A stretch of 32,000 nt of DNA from Mycolicibacterium smegmatis (GTDB lineage: Bacteria; Actinomycetota; Actinomycetes; Mycobacteriales; Mycobacteriaceae). Where the stretch lies: the NCBI RefSeq assembly GCF_001457595.1, contig NZ_LN831039.1, positions 810,001 to 842,000 of the forward strand. Reading direction: 5' to 3'. The notes below the pieces were generated by a model. It ran no database searches. It was given only the letters and a program-made list of their open reading frames with translations, and was not told the DNA's origin. This document shows positions 22,267 through 32,000 of this stretch, one piece after another (within the stretch, counting starts at the first letter, position 1; each line of letters starts with the position of its first letter). The position numbers were made by a program, and so were the translations under genes.

Positions 22267-23220
22267 ATGGACCTGAAGGGGCTCAACGCGCTCTTGGTGG
22301 TGGCGGATGCGGGCAGCGTCACCAAGGCCGCGCGGATCCTGCACGTCGAGCAGCCTGCGGTGAGCCGCCAGATCAAGCTGCTCGAAACGGAGTTGGGCGT
22401 GGCTTTGTTCGAGCGCAGCAGGCGTGGGATGGTGCTCACCGACGCGGGGCGCATACTCGTCGAGCGCGCGCGGCGGGTGGTCGACGAACTGGAGAAGGCC
22501 GAAGCGGAGCTGCGTGCGGAGGTGTCGGGGGTCCGTGGGATCGTGAGCGTCGGAATCCTGGACAGTGTCACCGATCTCGTGGCCGAGGAGTTGGTCTCCG
22601 ATGTGCGGCGCAGATATCCGAACGTGCGGTTGCGGGTGTTCACGGCGTTCGCCGGGCAGTTGCGAAGTTGGCTGTACGACGGCGAGCTGGACGTCGCTCT
22701 GCTGTTCGGAGTGACGGATCAGACAGCGTTGAAAACGCTTCCCGTGGCATCGGAAAAGCTGTGGGCCGTCGCGCCGAAAGAGGCTGTGCTGCAACCCGAC
22801 ATCCCAGTCGGGTTCGACGAGATCGCCCGTCACCCGCTGATCGTGCCGGTCCGTGGAAACGCTCTTCGCTCACTCGTCGATGAAGCCGCCGCCCGCGCCG
22901 GAGTGGACATCGACATCTCGGTCGAGACCAACGCATCGCGGGTGCAGAAGAACCTGGTGGCGGCCGGGCACGGCTGGGCGGTGCTTCCCGCGATCTGCCT
23001 CTCCGATGAGATGACGTCCGGCAAGTTCTCCCTGGCGCCACTGGCCGAGGCCATGGCGATGCGTGAACTTGTGCTGGCGACGCCGCGCACGAACCGGTCG
23101 ACAGGTGCGGTGCGAGCCGTGGCGGGGGCTTTGTTGCGGATCCTGCACGGGGCGGCACTCGAAGGGCGGTGGCCGTCGGTGGTGTGGCATCTCGGTGAGG
23201 AGCCCGAGGCGCGGGTGTGA
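22267..23220 (+). CDS. LysR-family transcriptional regulator
   Basis: MDLKGLNALLVVADAGSVTKAARILHVEQPAVSRQIKLLETELGVALFER is a canonical LTTR winged-HTH. The ORF track starts at 22222, but the conserved N-terminus begins at ATG 22267. Confidence 0.88.
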   Translation: MDLKGLNALLVVADAGSVTKAARILHVEQPAVSRQIKLLETELGVALFERSRRGMVLTDAGRILVERARRVVDELEKAEAELRAEVSGVRGIVSVGILDSVTDLVAEELVSDVRRRYPNVRLRVFTAFAGQLRSWLYDGELDVALLFGVTDQTALKTLPVASEKLWAVAPKEAVLQPDIPVGFDEIARHPLIVPVRGNALRSLVDEAAARAGVDIDISVETNASRVQKNLVAAGHGWAVLPAICLSDEMTSGKFSLAPLAEAMAMRELVLATPRTNRSTGAVRAVAGALLRILHGAALEGRWPSVVWHLGEEPEARV

Positions 23221-23225
23221 GCGGC

Positions 23226-23254
23226 GGCCCTCCCCACGCATAGAGGGGAGGGCC
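23226..23254 (+). terminator. Hairpin downstream of the LysR gene
   Basis: ggccctcccc (23226-23235) pairs with ggggagggcc (23245-23254), 9-nt loop. No T-tract. Confidence 0.45.
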
Positions 23255-23342
23255 GTTCGGCGTACATGCCTATGTGACCTATGTCGCGTGGATGGCGTGG
23301 GAACAAATCCTGACCTGCGCTCGTTGACGAAAACGACAGCAA

Positions 23343-23363
23343 GTTGAGTGACATAGACTCAAG
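23343..23363 (+). promoter_or_regulatory. HAIR (HspR-associated inverted repeat) operator 1 upstream of dnaK
   Basis: GTTGAGT-gacatag-ACTCAAG against the known consensus CTTGAGT-N7-ACTCAAG. A TTGACA hexamer follows at 23370-23375. Confidence 0.8.
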
Positions 23364-23397
23364 TCTAGATTGACAGCCGGTAGAGGGGCGGAGCAGA

Positions 23398-23418
23398 CTT
23401 GAGCGCAGTCCGCTCAGA
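23398..23418 (+). promoter_or_regulatory. HAIR-like operator 2 upstream of dnaK
   Basis: CTTGAGC-gcagtcc-GCTCAGA, an imperfect HAIR 28 nt upstream of the dnaK ATG. Confidence 0.6.
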
Positions 23419-23445
23419 CCCCTATATCTATCAGGAGGCAAGAAC

Positions 23446-25310
<1,865 letters not shown>

Positions 25311-25314
<4 letters not shown>

Positions 25315-25961
25315 CTCAGGACGATTCGCACGAGCCGGTGACCATCACCGACAAACGGCGCATCGATCCCGAGACCGGTGAGGTTCGTGAGCCGGCGGCG
25401 ACCCCGCAAGGGTCGGCGCCGGCCTCGGCCGCACCGGAAACGGGTGGCGACAGCGACGAGGTCACCGAACTGAAGGCCACGCTGCAGCGGGTCAAGGCCG
25501 AGTACGACAACTACCGCAAGCGGGCGCTGCGCGATCAGCAGCTCATCGCCGAGCGGACGAAGGCCAACGTGGTCAGCGAGTTGTTGGGCGTGCTCGACGA
25601 CCTCGACCGTGCTCGCAGCCACGGCGACCTGGAATCCGGCCCACTCAAGGCGGTTGCCGACAAGCTCGTCAGCACCCTTGAGGGCCTGGGCCTTTCTGCG
25701 TTCGGCGAGGAGGGCGACGAGTTCGACCCGCAGCTGCACGAGGCCGTGCAGCACGAGGGCGACGGTACGCACCCCGTGGTCGGAACTGTCATGCGTCGCG
25801 GCTACCGGGTGGGCGAGCAGGTCATCCGGCACGCCATGGTCGGCGTCGTCGACACCGTTCCGGACAACGCCTCCGAGGACGGATCCGGCGCCCAGCCGGA
25901 GGACGGCTCTGGGGATAAACCCGACGCCGCGGCAGAACAGGCCGCAGAATCAGACAATTAG
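25311..25961 (+). CDS. grpE: Nucleotide exchange factor GrpE
   Basis: 216 aa. The GTG start overlaps the dnaK stop (GTGA). Contains [14 protein letters not shown] and FDPQLHEAV motifs. Confidence 0.97.
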
Positions 25962-26002
25962 ACAGATCCGACTAGAAAGAAGAGGTAAGGAGGTGGCGCA
26001 GC

Positions 26003-27175
26003 ATGGCCCAACGCGAGTGGGTCGAGAAGGATTTCTACAAAGAACTCGGCGTCTCCTCTGACGCCAGCGCCGACGAGATCAAGAAGGCCTATCGGAAACT
26101 GGCCGCCGAGCTGCACCCTGACCGGAACTCCGATCCTGGAGCCGCGGAGCGGTTCAAGGCGGTGTCCGAGGCGAACAGTGTTCTGTCGGACCCCGCTAAG
26201 CGCAAGGAGTATGACGAGACCCGGCGGTTGTTCGCAGGTGGTTTCGGTCGCAGGTTCAATCAGGGCGGCGGCGGATTCGGAGGCGGTTTCGGTTCCGACG
26301 GAGTCGAATTCAACCTCGGCGACCTGTTCGACGCTGCCGGGCAGACCGGTGGCGCGAACATCGGCGACCTCTTCGGCGGACTGTTCGGCCGCGGCCCCCA
26401 GCAGCGGCCGAGCCGTCCGCGTCGCGGCAACGACCTGGAGACCGAGACCGAACTGTCGTTCCTGGAGGCCACCAAGGGCGTGGCCATGCCGCTGCGGCTG
26501 ACCAGCCCGGCGCCGTGCACCAACTGCCACGGCAGCGGTGCACGGCCGGGCACCAGTCCGAAGGTGTGCCCGAGCTGTAACGGCTCCGGCGTGATCAGCC
26601 GCAACCAGGGCGCTTTCGGTTTCTCCGAACCCTGCACCGAGTGTCGTGGTAGCGGCTCGATCATCGAGCATCCCTGCCAGGAATGCCGGGGCACCGGCGT
26701 CACCACCAGGACCCGCACCATCAACGTGCGGATTCCCCCCGGTGTCGAGGACGGTCAGCGCATCCGGCTGGCCGGGCAGGGCGAGGCGGGCCTGCGCGGC
26801 GCGCCGTCCGGTGACCTCTACGTCACCGTGCACGTGCGTCCCGACAAGGTGTTCGGGCGCGACGGCGACGACCTGACCGTCACGGTTCCCGTGAGTTTCC
26901 ACGAACTGGCGCTCGGGACAACGCTTTCGGTCCCCACACTCGACGGCAAGGTCGGAGTTCGGGTGCCCAAGGGCACCTCGGACGGCCGGATCCTCCGCGT
27001 CCGCGGACGCGGTGTGCCCAAGCGGTCGGGTGGCCACGGGGATCTACTGGTCACCGTGAAGGTCGCGGTGCCACCGAACCTGGAAGGTGAAGCGGCAGAA
27101 GCGCTGGAGGCTTACGCGAAAGCTGAGCGTGCCAGCGGATTCGATCCGCGTGCTGGATGGGCGGGGAATGTATGA
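26003..27175 (+). CDS. dnaJ: Co-chaperone DnaJ
   Basis: 390 aa. J-domain KDFYKELGV...[13 protein letters not shown], a G/F region and four CxxCxGxG zinc-finger repeats. Confidence 0.98.
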   Translation: MAQREWVEKDFYKELGVSSDASADEIKKAYRKLAAELHPDRNSDPGAAERFKAVSEANSVLSDPAKRKEYDETRRLFAGGFGRRFNQGGGGFGGGFGSDGVEFNLGDLFDAAGQTGGANIGDLFGGLFGRGPQQRPSRPRRGNDLETETELSFLEATKGVAMPLRLTSPAPCTNCHGSGARPGTSPKVCPSCNGSGVISRNQGAFGFSEPCTECRGSGSIIEHPCQECRGTGVTTRTRTINVRIPPGVEDGQRIRLAGQGEAGLRGAPSGDLYVTVHVRPDKVFGRDGDDLTVTVPVSFHELALGTTLSVPTLDGKVGVRVPKGTSDGRILRVRGRGVPKRSGGHGDLLVTVKVAVPPNLEGEAAEALEAYAKAERASGFDPRAGWAGNV

Positions 27176-27531
27176 GCGGCAAACGCAACGAAGAAGCCCG
27201 TACGTTTCTGATCTCTGTGGCGGCCGAGCTCGCCGGCATGCATGCGCAGACCCTGCGCACCTATGACCGGCTGGGCCTGGTCACCCCGCAGCGCACATCC
27301 GGTGGCGGGCGGCGTTATTCGGAACGCGACGTCGACCTGCTGCGAGAGGTGCAGCGGCTGTCCCAGGACGAGGGCGTGAACCTGGCCGGCATCAAGCGCA
27401 TCATCGAGCTGACCAATCAGGTCGACGCGCTTCAGCGCCGGGTCGCCGAGCTGACCGCCGAGGTCGAGCGACTGCGCAAGCCCAGCACCGCGTTGGTGCT
27501 CTGGCAGCCACGGAACAACCGAAAACGCTAG
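27172..27531 (+). CDS. hspR: MerR-family heat-shock repressor HspR
   Basis: The ATG at 27172 overlaps the dnaJ stop (ATGA). Contains [43 protein letters not shown]. It is the last gene of the dnaK operon, as in other actinobacteria. Confidence 0.93.
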   Translation: MSGKRNEEARTFLISVAAELAGMHAQTLRTYDRLGLVTPQRTSGGGRRYSERDVDLLREVQRLSQDEGVNLAGIKRIIELTNQVDALQRRVAELTAEVERLRKPSTALVLWQPRNNRKR

Positions 27532-28118
27532 CTGCGCAGACCATCTGCGTTCATGCCGACGAGCACCGTATCGAGGAACTCGTCGGCGATGTCCTCGGGG
27601 CTTTCGGGGCCGTCCAAGGTCAGCCACAGATAGCTGTAGTTGAACATACCGAGCAGGCCCTTGACCATGAGCGTCGGCAACGGCCGGAACTGGCCGTCCC
27701 GGACGCCCTGGTCCAGGGCGTTGCGCCAGTGCGCCTCGTAGCGCTCGCGGGCGGCGATGACGCGGTCACGCCGCTCGCCGGTCAGCGCGTGGTACTCGCG
27801 GAAGAACACCGTCCACTCGGCACGGTGCTCGGCGATGTTGCGCAGCAGCGCGCGCGCCAGCCCCCGAAGCCGTTTCTCCGGATCCTTCTCCGTCAACGCA
27901 AGCTCGTCGGCCAGGTTGTTCATCTGTGCCAACTGCCTGCTGCTGATCTCGTAGAGAATCGTCTCTTTGCTGCCGATGTAGTGGTACAGGGCGCCGCGGC
28001 CGAGTCCGACCGCGGCCCCCAGGTCGGAGATACCGGTTCCGTGGTAGCCCGACTTCGCGAACAACTCGGCCGAAATGCGCAGAATCTCATCCCGGTTCGA
28101 CTCGAACTTCTTGCTCAC
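27528..28118 (-). CDS. TetR-family transcriptional regulator
   Basis: 196 aa. The N-terminal HTH is ILRISAELFAKSGYHGTGISDLGAAVGLGRGALYHYIGSKE. Confidence 0.9.
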   Translation of the reverse strand: MSKKFESNRDEILRISAELFAKSGYHGTGISDLGAAVGLGRGALYHYIGSKETILYEISSRQLAQMNNLADELALTEKDPEKRLRGLARALLRNIAEHRAEWTVFFREYHALTGERRDRVIAARERYEAHWRNALDQGVRDGQFRPLPTLMVKGLLGMFNYSYLWLTLDGPESPEDIADEFLDTVLVGMNADGLRS

Positions 28119-28195
28119 TGCCGTCGTGCTCCCTTGAACCTGTGTCGCCTGTCAGCCTATGAGGTCGGTGCCGCGGCCCGGGGACGGGCCCGGTG

Positions 28196-29380
28196 TCACA
28201 GGCCGGCGGCGTCGAAGGCGTCGGAGAAGACGTACCCGGACAACAGTTCGTTGGCCGCCACCATGTACTGGATGGTCGGCGTACCCTCCTCGAGCCAGTT
28301 GAGGCGGGCATCCCGGTAGAGGCGTTCCACCGGGTAGGCCCTGGTGTATCCGATGCCGCCGTGGATCAGCAGCGCCCGGTCGGTGACCCGGCCCACCGCT
28401 TCCAGGCCGAACAGTTTGCACATGCTCGCCTCGGCGGGGATCCGCTTCCCGCTGTCCCACTTGTGTGCCGCATCGGCGAGCAGGCCGCGCAGCGCGTAGA
28501 TGTCTGTGGCCATCTCGGCGAGGTACCGCTGGATGGCCTGCCGGGAACCGATCGGTTTGCCGAAGGTCACGCGCTCCTTGGCGCGCGCGACCGACAACTC
28601 CAGTGCGCGTTCGGAGGTGCCGAGCGAACTCGCCGCGATGAACACGCGGCTGATCTCGAGCGCGCGTTCGAGGTGTTGGTTCCCTTCGCCTTCCGCGCCG
28701 ATCAGCGCCGTCGCCGGAACGCGGACTCCTGCAAGCCTGATGTGGCCGTGCTCGCCGCCCTTGCAGCCCATGGTCTCCGGGAGCGGTTCGATCGACAGTC
28801 CGTCGGTGTCGCGGGGGACCAGGAAGGCCGACACCTCGGTGGGCGCGGTCTTGGCGAACACGATGAAGTGGGTGGCGATGTCGGAGTTGGTGATCAGCCA
28901 CTTCTCGCCGGTGATCTCGTACTCGTCGCCCATCCGCACGGCCGAGGACCCGAGGTCGGCGCCGGTGCCGTGCCCGGGCTCGGTCAGCGCGAACGCCACC
29001 GAGTTCGCACCGGTCGCGGCGCCGTGCAGCACTGCGGCCTTCTGTTCGTCGTTGCCGATCTCCGACAGGGCGTGGGCGAAAGAGTTGTGGACGTGCACGA
29101 TGACACGAAGTCCGCCCTGGACTTTCGCGAACTCGGAGATGATGGGCAGGTACTGCGCGATCGACAGCCCGCTGCCGCCGTATTCCCGCGGCACGAGCAG
29201 TCCGAAGGCGCCGATCCGTTCCAGGATCGGCAGCACGATCTCGTTGGGGATGCGCTCTTCGTTCTCGATGCGCTCCTCGAGCGGATCGAGTTCGGACCAG
29301 ATCGCGTCGAAGATCCGGTCTCTGAGGGCGCGGTATTCGGCGTCGGGCAACCCGGTTGCATGTTCGAGAGTGGCGGTCAT
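28196..29380 (-). CDS. Acyl-CoA dehydrogenase family protein
   Basis: 394 aa. Typical ACAD layout (LTEPGHGTGADL, ...KWLITN..., C-terminal RIHGGIGYT-like IHGGIGYTRAYPVERLYRDAR). Confidence 0.9.
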   Translation of the reverse strand: MTATLEHATGLPDAEYRALRDRIFDAIWSELDPLEERIENEERIPNEIVLPILERIGAFGLLVPREYGGSGLSIAQYLPIISEFAKVQGGLRVIVHVHNSFAHALSEIGNDEQKAAVLHGAATGANSVAFALTEPGHGTGADLGSSAVRMGDEYEITGEKWLITNSDIATHFIVFAKTAPTEVSAFLVPRDTDGLSIEPLPETMGCKGGEHGHIRLAGVRVPATALIGAEGEGNQHLERALEISRVFIAASSLGTSERALELSVARAKERVTFGKPIGSRQAIQRYLAEMATDIYALRGLLADAAHKWDSGKRIPAEASMCKLFGLEAVGRVTDRALLIHGGIGYTRAYPVERLYRDARLNWLEEGTPTIQYMVAANELLSGYVFSDAFDAAGL

Positions 29381-29408
29381 ATCGGGGTTTTCCTTCCGGT
29401 TGGGAGTG

Positions 29409-30152
29409 TCACAGGGCCCAGCCGCCGTCGGCGGTCAGGACAGACCCGGTGCAGAATGTGGCGTCCTCGCTGAGGAAGACTGCTGCCGTTGCGATTTCGT
29501 CGACGGTGCCGAAACGGCCCAGGACAGTCGCATCCTCGATGCGGCTGCGAGCGCCCGCCGGCACCGCGTCGGTCATGTCGGTCTCGATGAAACCCGGCGC
29601 AAGGATGTTCACCCGGATGTGGTCACGCGCGACTTCCTTGGCGAGGGAGCGGCCGAACCCGACCATCGCGGCCTTGGCGCTGGCGTACGCGGTGTCGCCG
29701 GCGTGGCCGATCAGTCCGACCACCGACGAGATCAGGACGATGCTGGGCGAATTGCCACGTTGCAGGTGGGGCAGCGCGGCCCGGGTGAGCGCGACCGTCC
29801 CGCGCAGGTTGGTCTCGACGACCTCCCACCACGCGGCGGGTTCGCTGGTGACCAGTCGCCCACCGGCCCATTGGCCGGCGTTGAGGATGACGGCGTCGAG
29901 CCGCCCCCACGTGTCGACCACCATGTCGACCGCGGCCGTCGCGGTGGTCGGGTCGGACAGGTCGAAATGCACAGGCAGTACCAGATCCGGCGCGTCGGAT
30001 GCCAGCTTCTCGGCCTCCTCATGCCGGATCCGATAGGTGCATCCGACCCGCACACCCCGCCGAGTCAGCGCTGTGGTGATGCCGGCGCCGATGCCGCGAG
30101 ACCCGCCCGATACCAGCACCACGCGATCCGCGTCGTTTTCGTACTGCGTCAT
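29409..30152 (-). CDS. SDR-family oxidoreductase (FabG-like)
   Basis: 247 aa. Cofactor motif VSGGSRGIGAG, NAG, catalytic YASAKAA. Confidence 0.9.
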   Translation of the reverse strand: MTQYENDADRVVLVSGGSRGIGAGITTALTRRGVRVGCTYRIRHEEAEKLASDAPDLVLPVHFDLSDPTTATAAVDMVVDTWGRLDAVILNAGQWAGGRLVTSEPAAWWEVVETNLRGTVALTRAALPHLQRGNSPSIVLISSVVGLIGHAGDTAYASAKAAMVGFGRSLAKEVARDHIRVNILAPGFIETDMTDAVPAGARSRIEDATVLGRFGTVDEIATAAVFLSEDATFCTGSVLTADGGWAL

Positions 30153-30159
30153 GCCTGGA

Positions 30160-30263
30160 CTGTACTGATCGGTTCAATATCAACGCAATAGCGACCGATA
30201 AATGCTCTTTACCTCTGTAAATATGCGACGACTGTCCCGAGACTGCGGTTGGACTGATCGGTA
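30160..30263. promoter_or_regulatory. Two copies of an imperfect 14-bp palindrome (GTACyGATCGGTAC-like) in the divergent SDR-operon / MFS promoter region; candidate TetR operator
   Basis: gtactgatcggttc at 30161-30174 and ggactgatcggtac at 30250-30263. Both share the 10-mer actgatcggt and are centred on GATC. This is the most AT-rich spacer in this part of the window. Confidence 0.35.
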
Positions 30264-30302
30264 CAAAAATCTTGCAATGCCGATGGCTGGTGTGTTAGGA
30301 CT

Positions 30303-31640
30303 GTGACTGAGCGCACAATCGCCGCCACGGAAGGGGTCGACGTGACAACCATCGACAATGAGGTCGGGCAGAAAGTCGGGGCGGTCAGTCCGGCGCGGGT
30401 TGCCACCGCGAGTTTCGTGGGGACGGCGATCGAGTGGTATGACTTCTTCATCTTCGGCACCGCCGCGGGCCTGGTGTTCGGGGTCGCGTTCTTCCCGAAC
30501 CTGAGTCCGTTGTCGGGAACCCTCGCCGCTTTCGCCACGTTCGGTGTGGCGTTCTTCTCCCGTCCGGCGGGCGCGATCGTCTTCGGTCACTTCGGGGACC
30601 GGATCGGCCGCAAGAAGCTGCTTGTCCTGTCGTTGTTGCTCATGGGATCGGCCACTGTCGCGATCGGCCTTATTCCCACCTACGACCAGATCGGCATCGC
30701 CGCACCGGTTCTGCTGGTCGTTGCCCGGCTGGTGCAGGGATTCGCGGTGGGCGGTGAGTGGGGCGGCGCCGTCCTGATGGCCGTCGAGCACGCGCCGCCG
30801 AAGCGGCGTGCGTTCTACGGTAGCTTCCCGCAGGCGGGTGTACCGGCCGGACTGGTGCTCGCCACCGTGGCGTTCCTGATCGTGGAGCGACTTCCCGACG
30901 ACGAGATCATGGCCTGGGGATGGCGCGTACCGTTCCTCGCGAGCTCGGCACTTCTACTGGTAGGTCTCTACGTCCGGTTGCAGATCACCGAATCGCCTGA
31001 GTTCGAACAGATTCGGCGCAACGACCAGGTGGTGAGGCACCCGATCGTGGACGTACTGCGCTCCCACAAGCGCCCGCTGGCGGTGGGCATCCTCACGCAG
31101 GCGGCGTCACTGGTGCCCTTCTACCTGGTGACCGTGTTCGTGCTGTCGCACGGACCTGAGGAACTCGGTGTCGCACGCGAGACGATCCTGATGAGCCTGC
31201 TCGTCGCGTGTGTCCTCGACATCTTCACGGTGCCTTACGTCTCGATCGTGGCCGACCGGATGGGGCCGCGAAAGATGTTGATACTCGGCTCGTTGTACAT
31301 GGCCGCGATCGGATATCCGTTCTTCTGGCTGTTGAGCACCGGTGAGGGGTGGGCGGTGCTGGTCGCCATGATCCTCATCGTGACGGTCGGACACGCCGTG
31401 ACGTACTCGGCCGTGGCGGCCTATGTGTCCCGACTGTTCCCCGCCGATGTGCGGTACACCGGTGCGTCGGTGTCCTATCAGATGGGCGGCGTGGTGTTCA
31501 GCGCGCCCGCACCGTTCATCGCGGTGACCCTGTGGTCGGCGACGCACGGACACTGGTCGCTTGCCGCGTACCTCGCCGCGGCCTGCCTGGCAACGGTATT
31601 CGCCCTGATGTTCACGAAGACAGCGAAAGTGAGTTACTGA
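30303..31640 (+). CDS. MFS transporter, metabolite:H+ symporter (MHS)-like
   Basis: 445 aa with a GTG start. GTAIEWYDFFIFGTAAGLVFG and FSRPAGAIVFGHFGDRIGRKK are signatures of the MHS/ProP/ShiA-type family. Confidence 0.88.
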   Translation: MTERTIAATEGVDVTTIDNEVGQKVGAVSPARVATASFVGTAIEWYDFFIFGTAAGLVFGVAFFPNLSPLSGTLAAFATFGVAFFSRPAGAIVFGHFGDRIGRKKLLVLSLLLMGSATVAIGLIPTYDQIGIAAPVLLVVARLVQGFAVGGEWGGAVLMAVEHAPPKRRAFYGSFPQAGVPAGLVLATVAFLIVERLPDDEIMAWGWRVPFLASSALLLVGLYVRLQITESPEFEQIRRNDQVVRHPIVDVLRSHKRPLAVGILTQAASLVPFYLVTVFVLSHGPEELGVARETILMSLLVACVLDIFTVPYVSIVADRMGPRKMLILGSLYMAAIGYPFFWLLSTGEGWAVLVAMILIVTVGHAVTYSAVAAYVSRLFPADVRYTGASVSYQMGGVVFSAPAPFIAVTLWSATHGHWSLAAYLAAACLATVFALMFTKTAKVSY

Positions 31641-32000
31641 TGGCGCGCGACGTATGCACTGTCGAGCAGGCCTGGGACGCCATCGAGTCGCGGCTCGACC
31701 GTGATCCTTTCGGCCCGGACTTCAACACCGCACACGAGGCGTGCAGCCGGTATGCGACCGATCCGGGACGCCTGGCGCTGACGGTCCGGCATGAGGACGG
31801 ATCGGCCGACCAGTGGAGCTACCGTGAGCTGGACCGCCAGGCCGCCAAGGCCGCAAGGGTTTTCGCGCGTGCGGGCCTGCGCCGCGGCGACCGCGTGGCG
31901 GGACTGCTGACGCGTCAGGTCGAGAGTTGGATCACCGCGTTGGCCGCCTGGCGATCCGGTCTGGTGTACGTGCCGTTGTTCGGCGGCTTCGGTCCCGAGC
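31640..32000 (+). CDS. AMP-dependent synthetase/ligase (acyl-CoA synthetase-like), 5' partial at window end
   Basis: The ATG at 31640 overlaps the MFS stop (TGATG). I translated it by hand and it stays open to the window end: MARDVCTVEQAWDAIE...WSYRELDRQAAKAARVFARAGLRRGDRVAGLL...AWRSGLVYVPLFGGFGPE. This is a typical N-terminal region of adenylate-forming enzymes. It is absent from the ORF track because no stop lies in the window. Confidence 0.75.
   Translation, partial: MARDVCTVEQAWDAIESRLDRDPFGPDFNTAHEACSRYATDPGRLALTVRHEDGSADQWSYRELDRQAAKAARVFARAGLRRGDRVAGLLTRQVESWITALAAWRSGLVYVPLFGGFGPE

Overview
High-GC (about 67%) actinobacterial chromosome. Gene order matches the Mycobacterium tuberculosis Rv0338c-Rv0353 region, with extra genes typical of a fast-growing Mycolicibacterium (M. 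smegmatis-like); this is inferred from synteny and protein motifs, with no search run. Left to right: a membrane-bound Fe-S/CCG reductase with a long basic Ala/Pro/Lys repeat tail (71-3199, -); a large ATP-binding LuxR-type regulator (IniR-like, 3498-6008, -) co-oriented with a membrane-anchored Hsp70-NBD-like gene (6023-7810, -); then divergently an IniB-N-domain protein, iniB and the dynamin-like iniA. Unlike M. tuberculosis, iniA and iniC are separated by an antisense pair (DUF3618 tail-anchored protein plus Holin-X/DUF1469 protein). iniC is followed by a second, paralogous membrane-anchored Hsp70-like gene, then two small Ser/Thr-rich single-pass membrane proteins. The rest looks like ordinary metabolism and housekeeping: LLM F420 oxidoreductase, DinB/TIGR03085 protein, LpqJ-like lipoprotein, an MFS + 2x RraA-aldolase + LysR cassette, dnaK-grpE-dnaJ-hspR with two HAIR operators, and a TetR/acyl-CoA dehydrogenase/SDR/MFS/AMP-ligase cluster. 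The most interesting signal is the expanded ini island (about 3.5-17.2 kb): two dynamin-like GTPases, two degenerate Hsp70-fold membrane proteins, four proteins sharing a PW[YH]-basic-TM-Ser/Thr/Pro-rich tail module, and CCCCTA[AG] triplet repeats upstream of both IniB-N genes. I found no tRNA, rRNA, CRISPR array or transposase.
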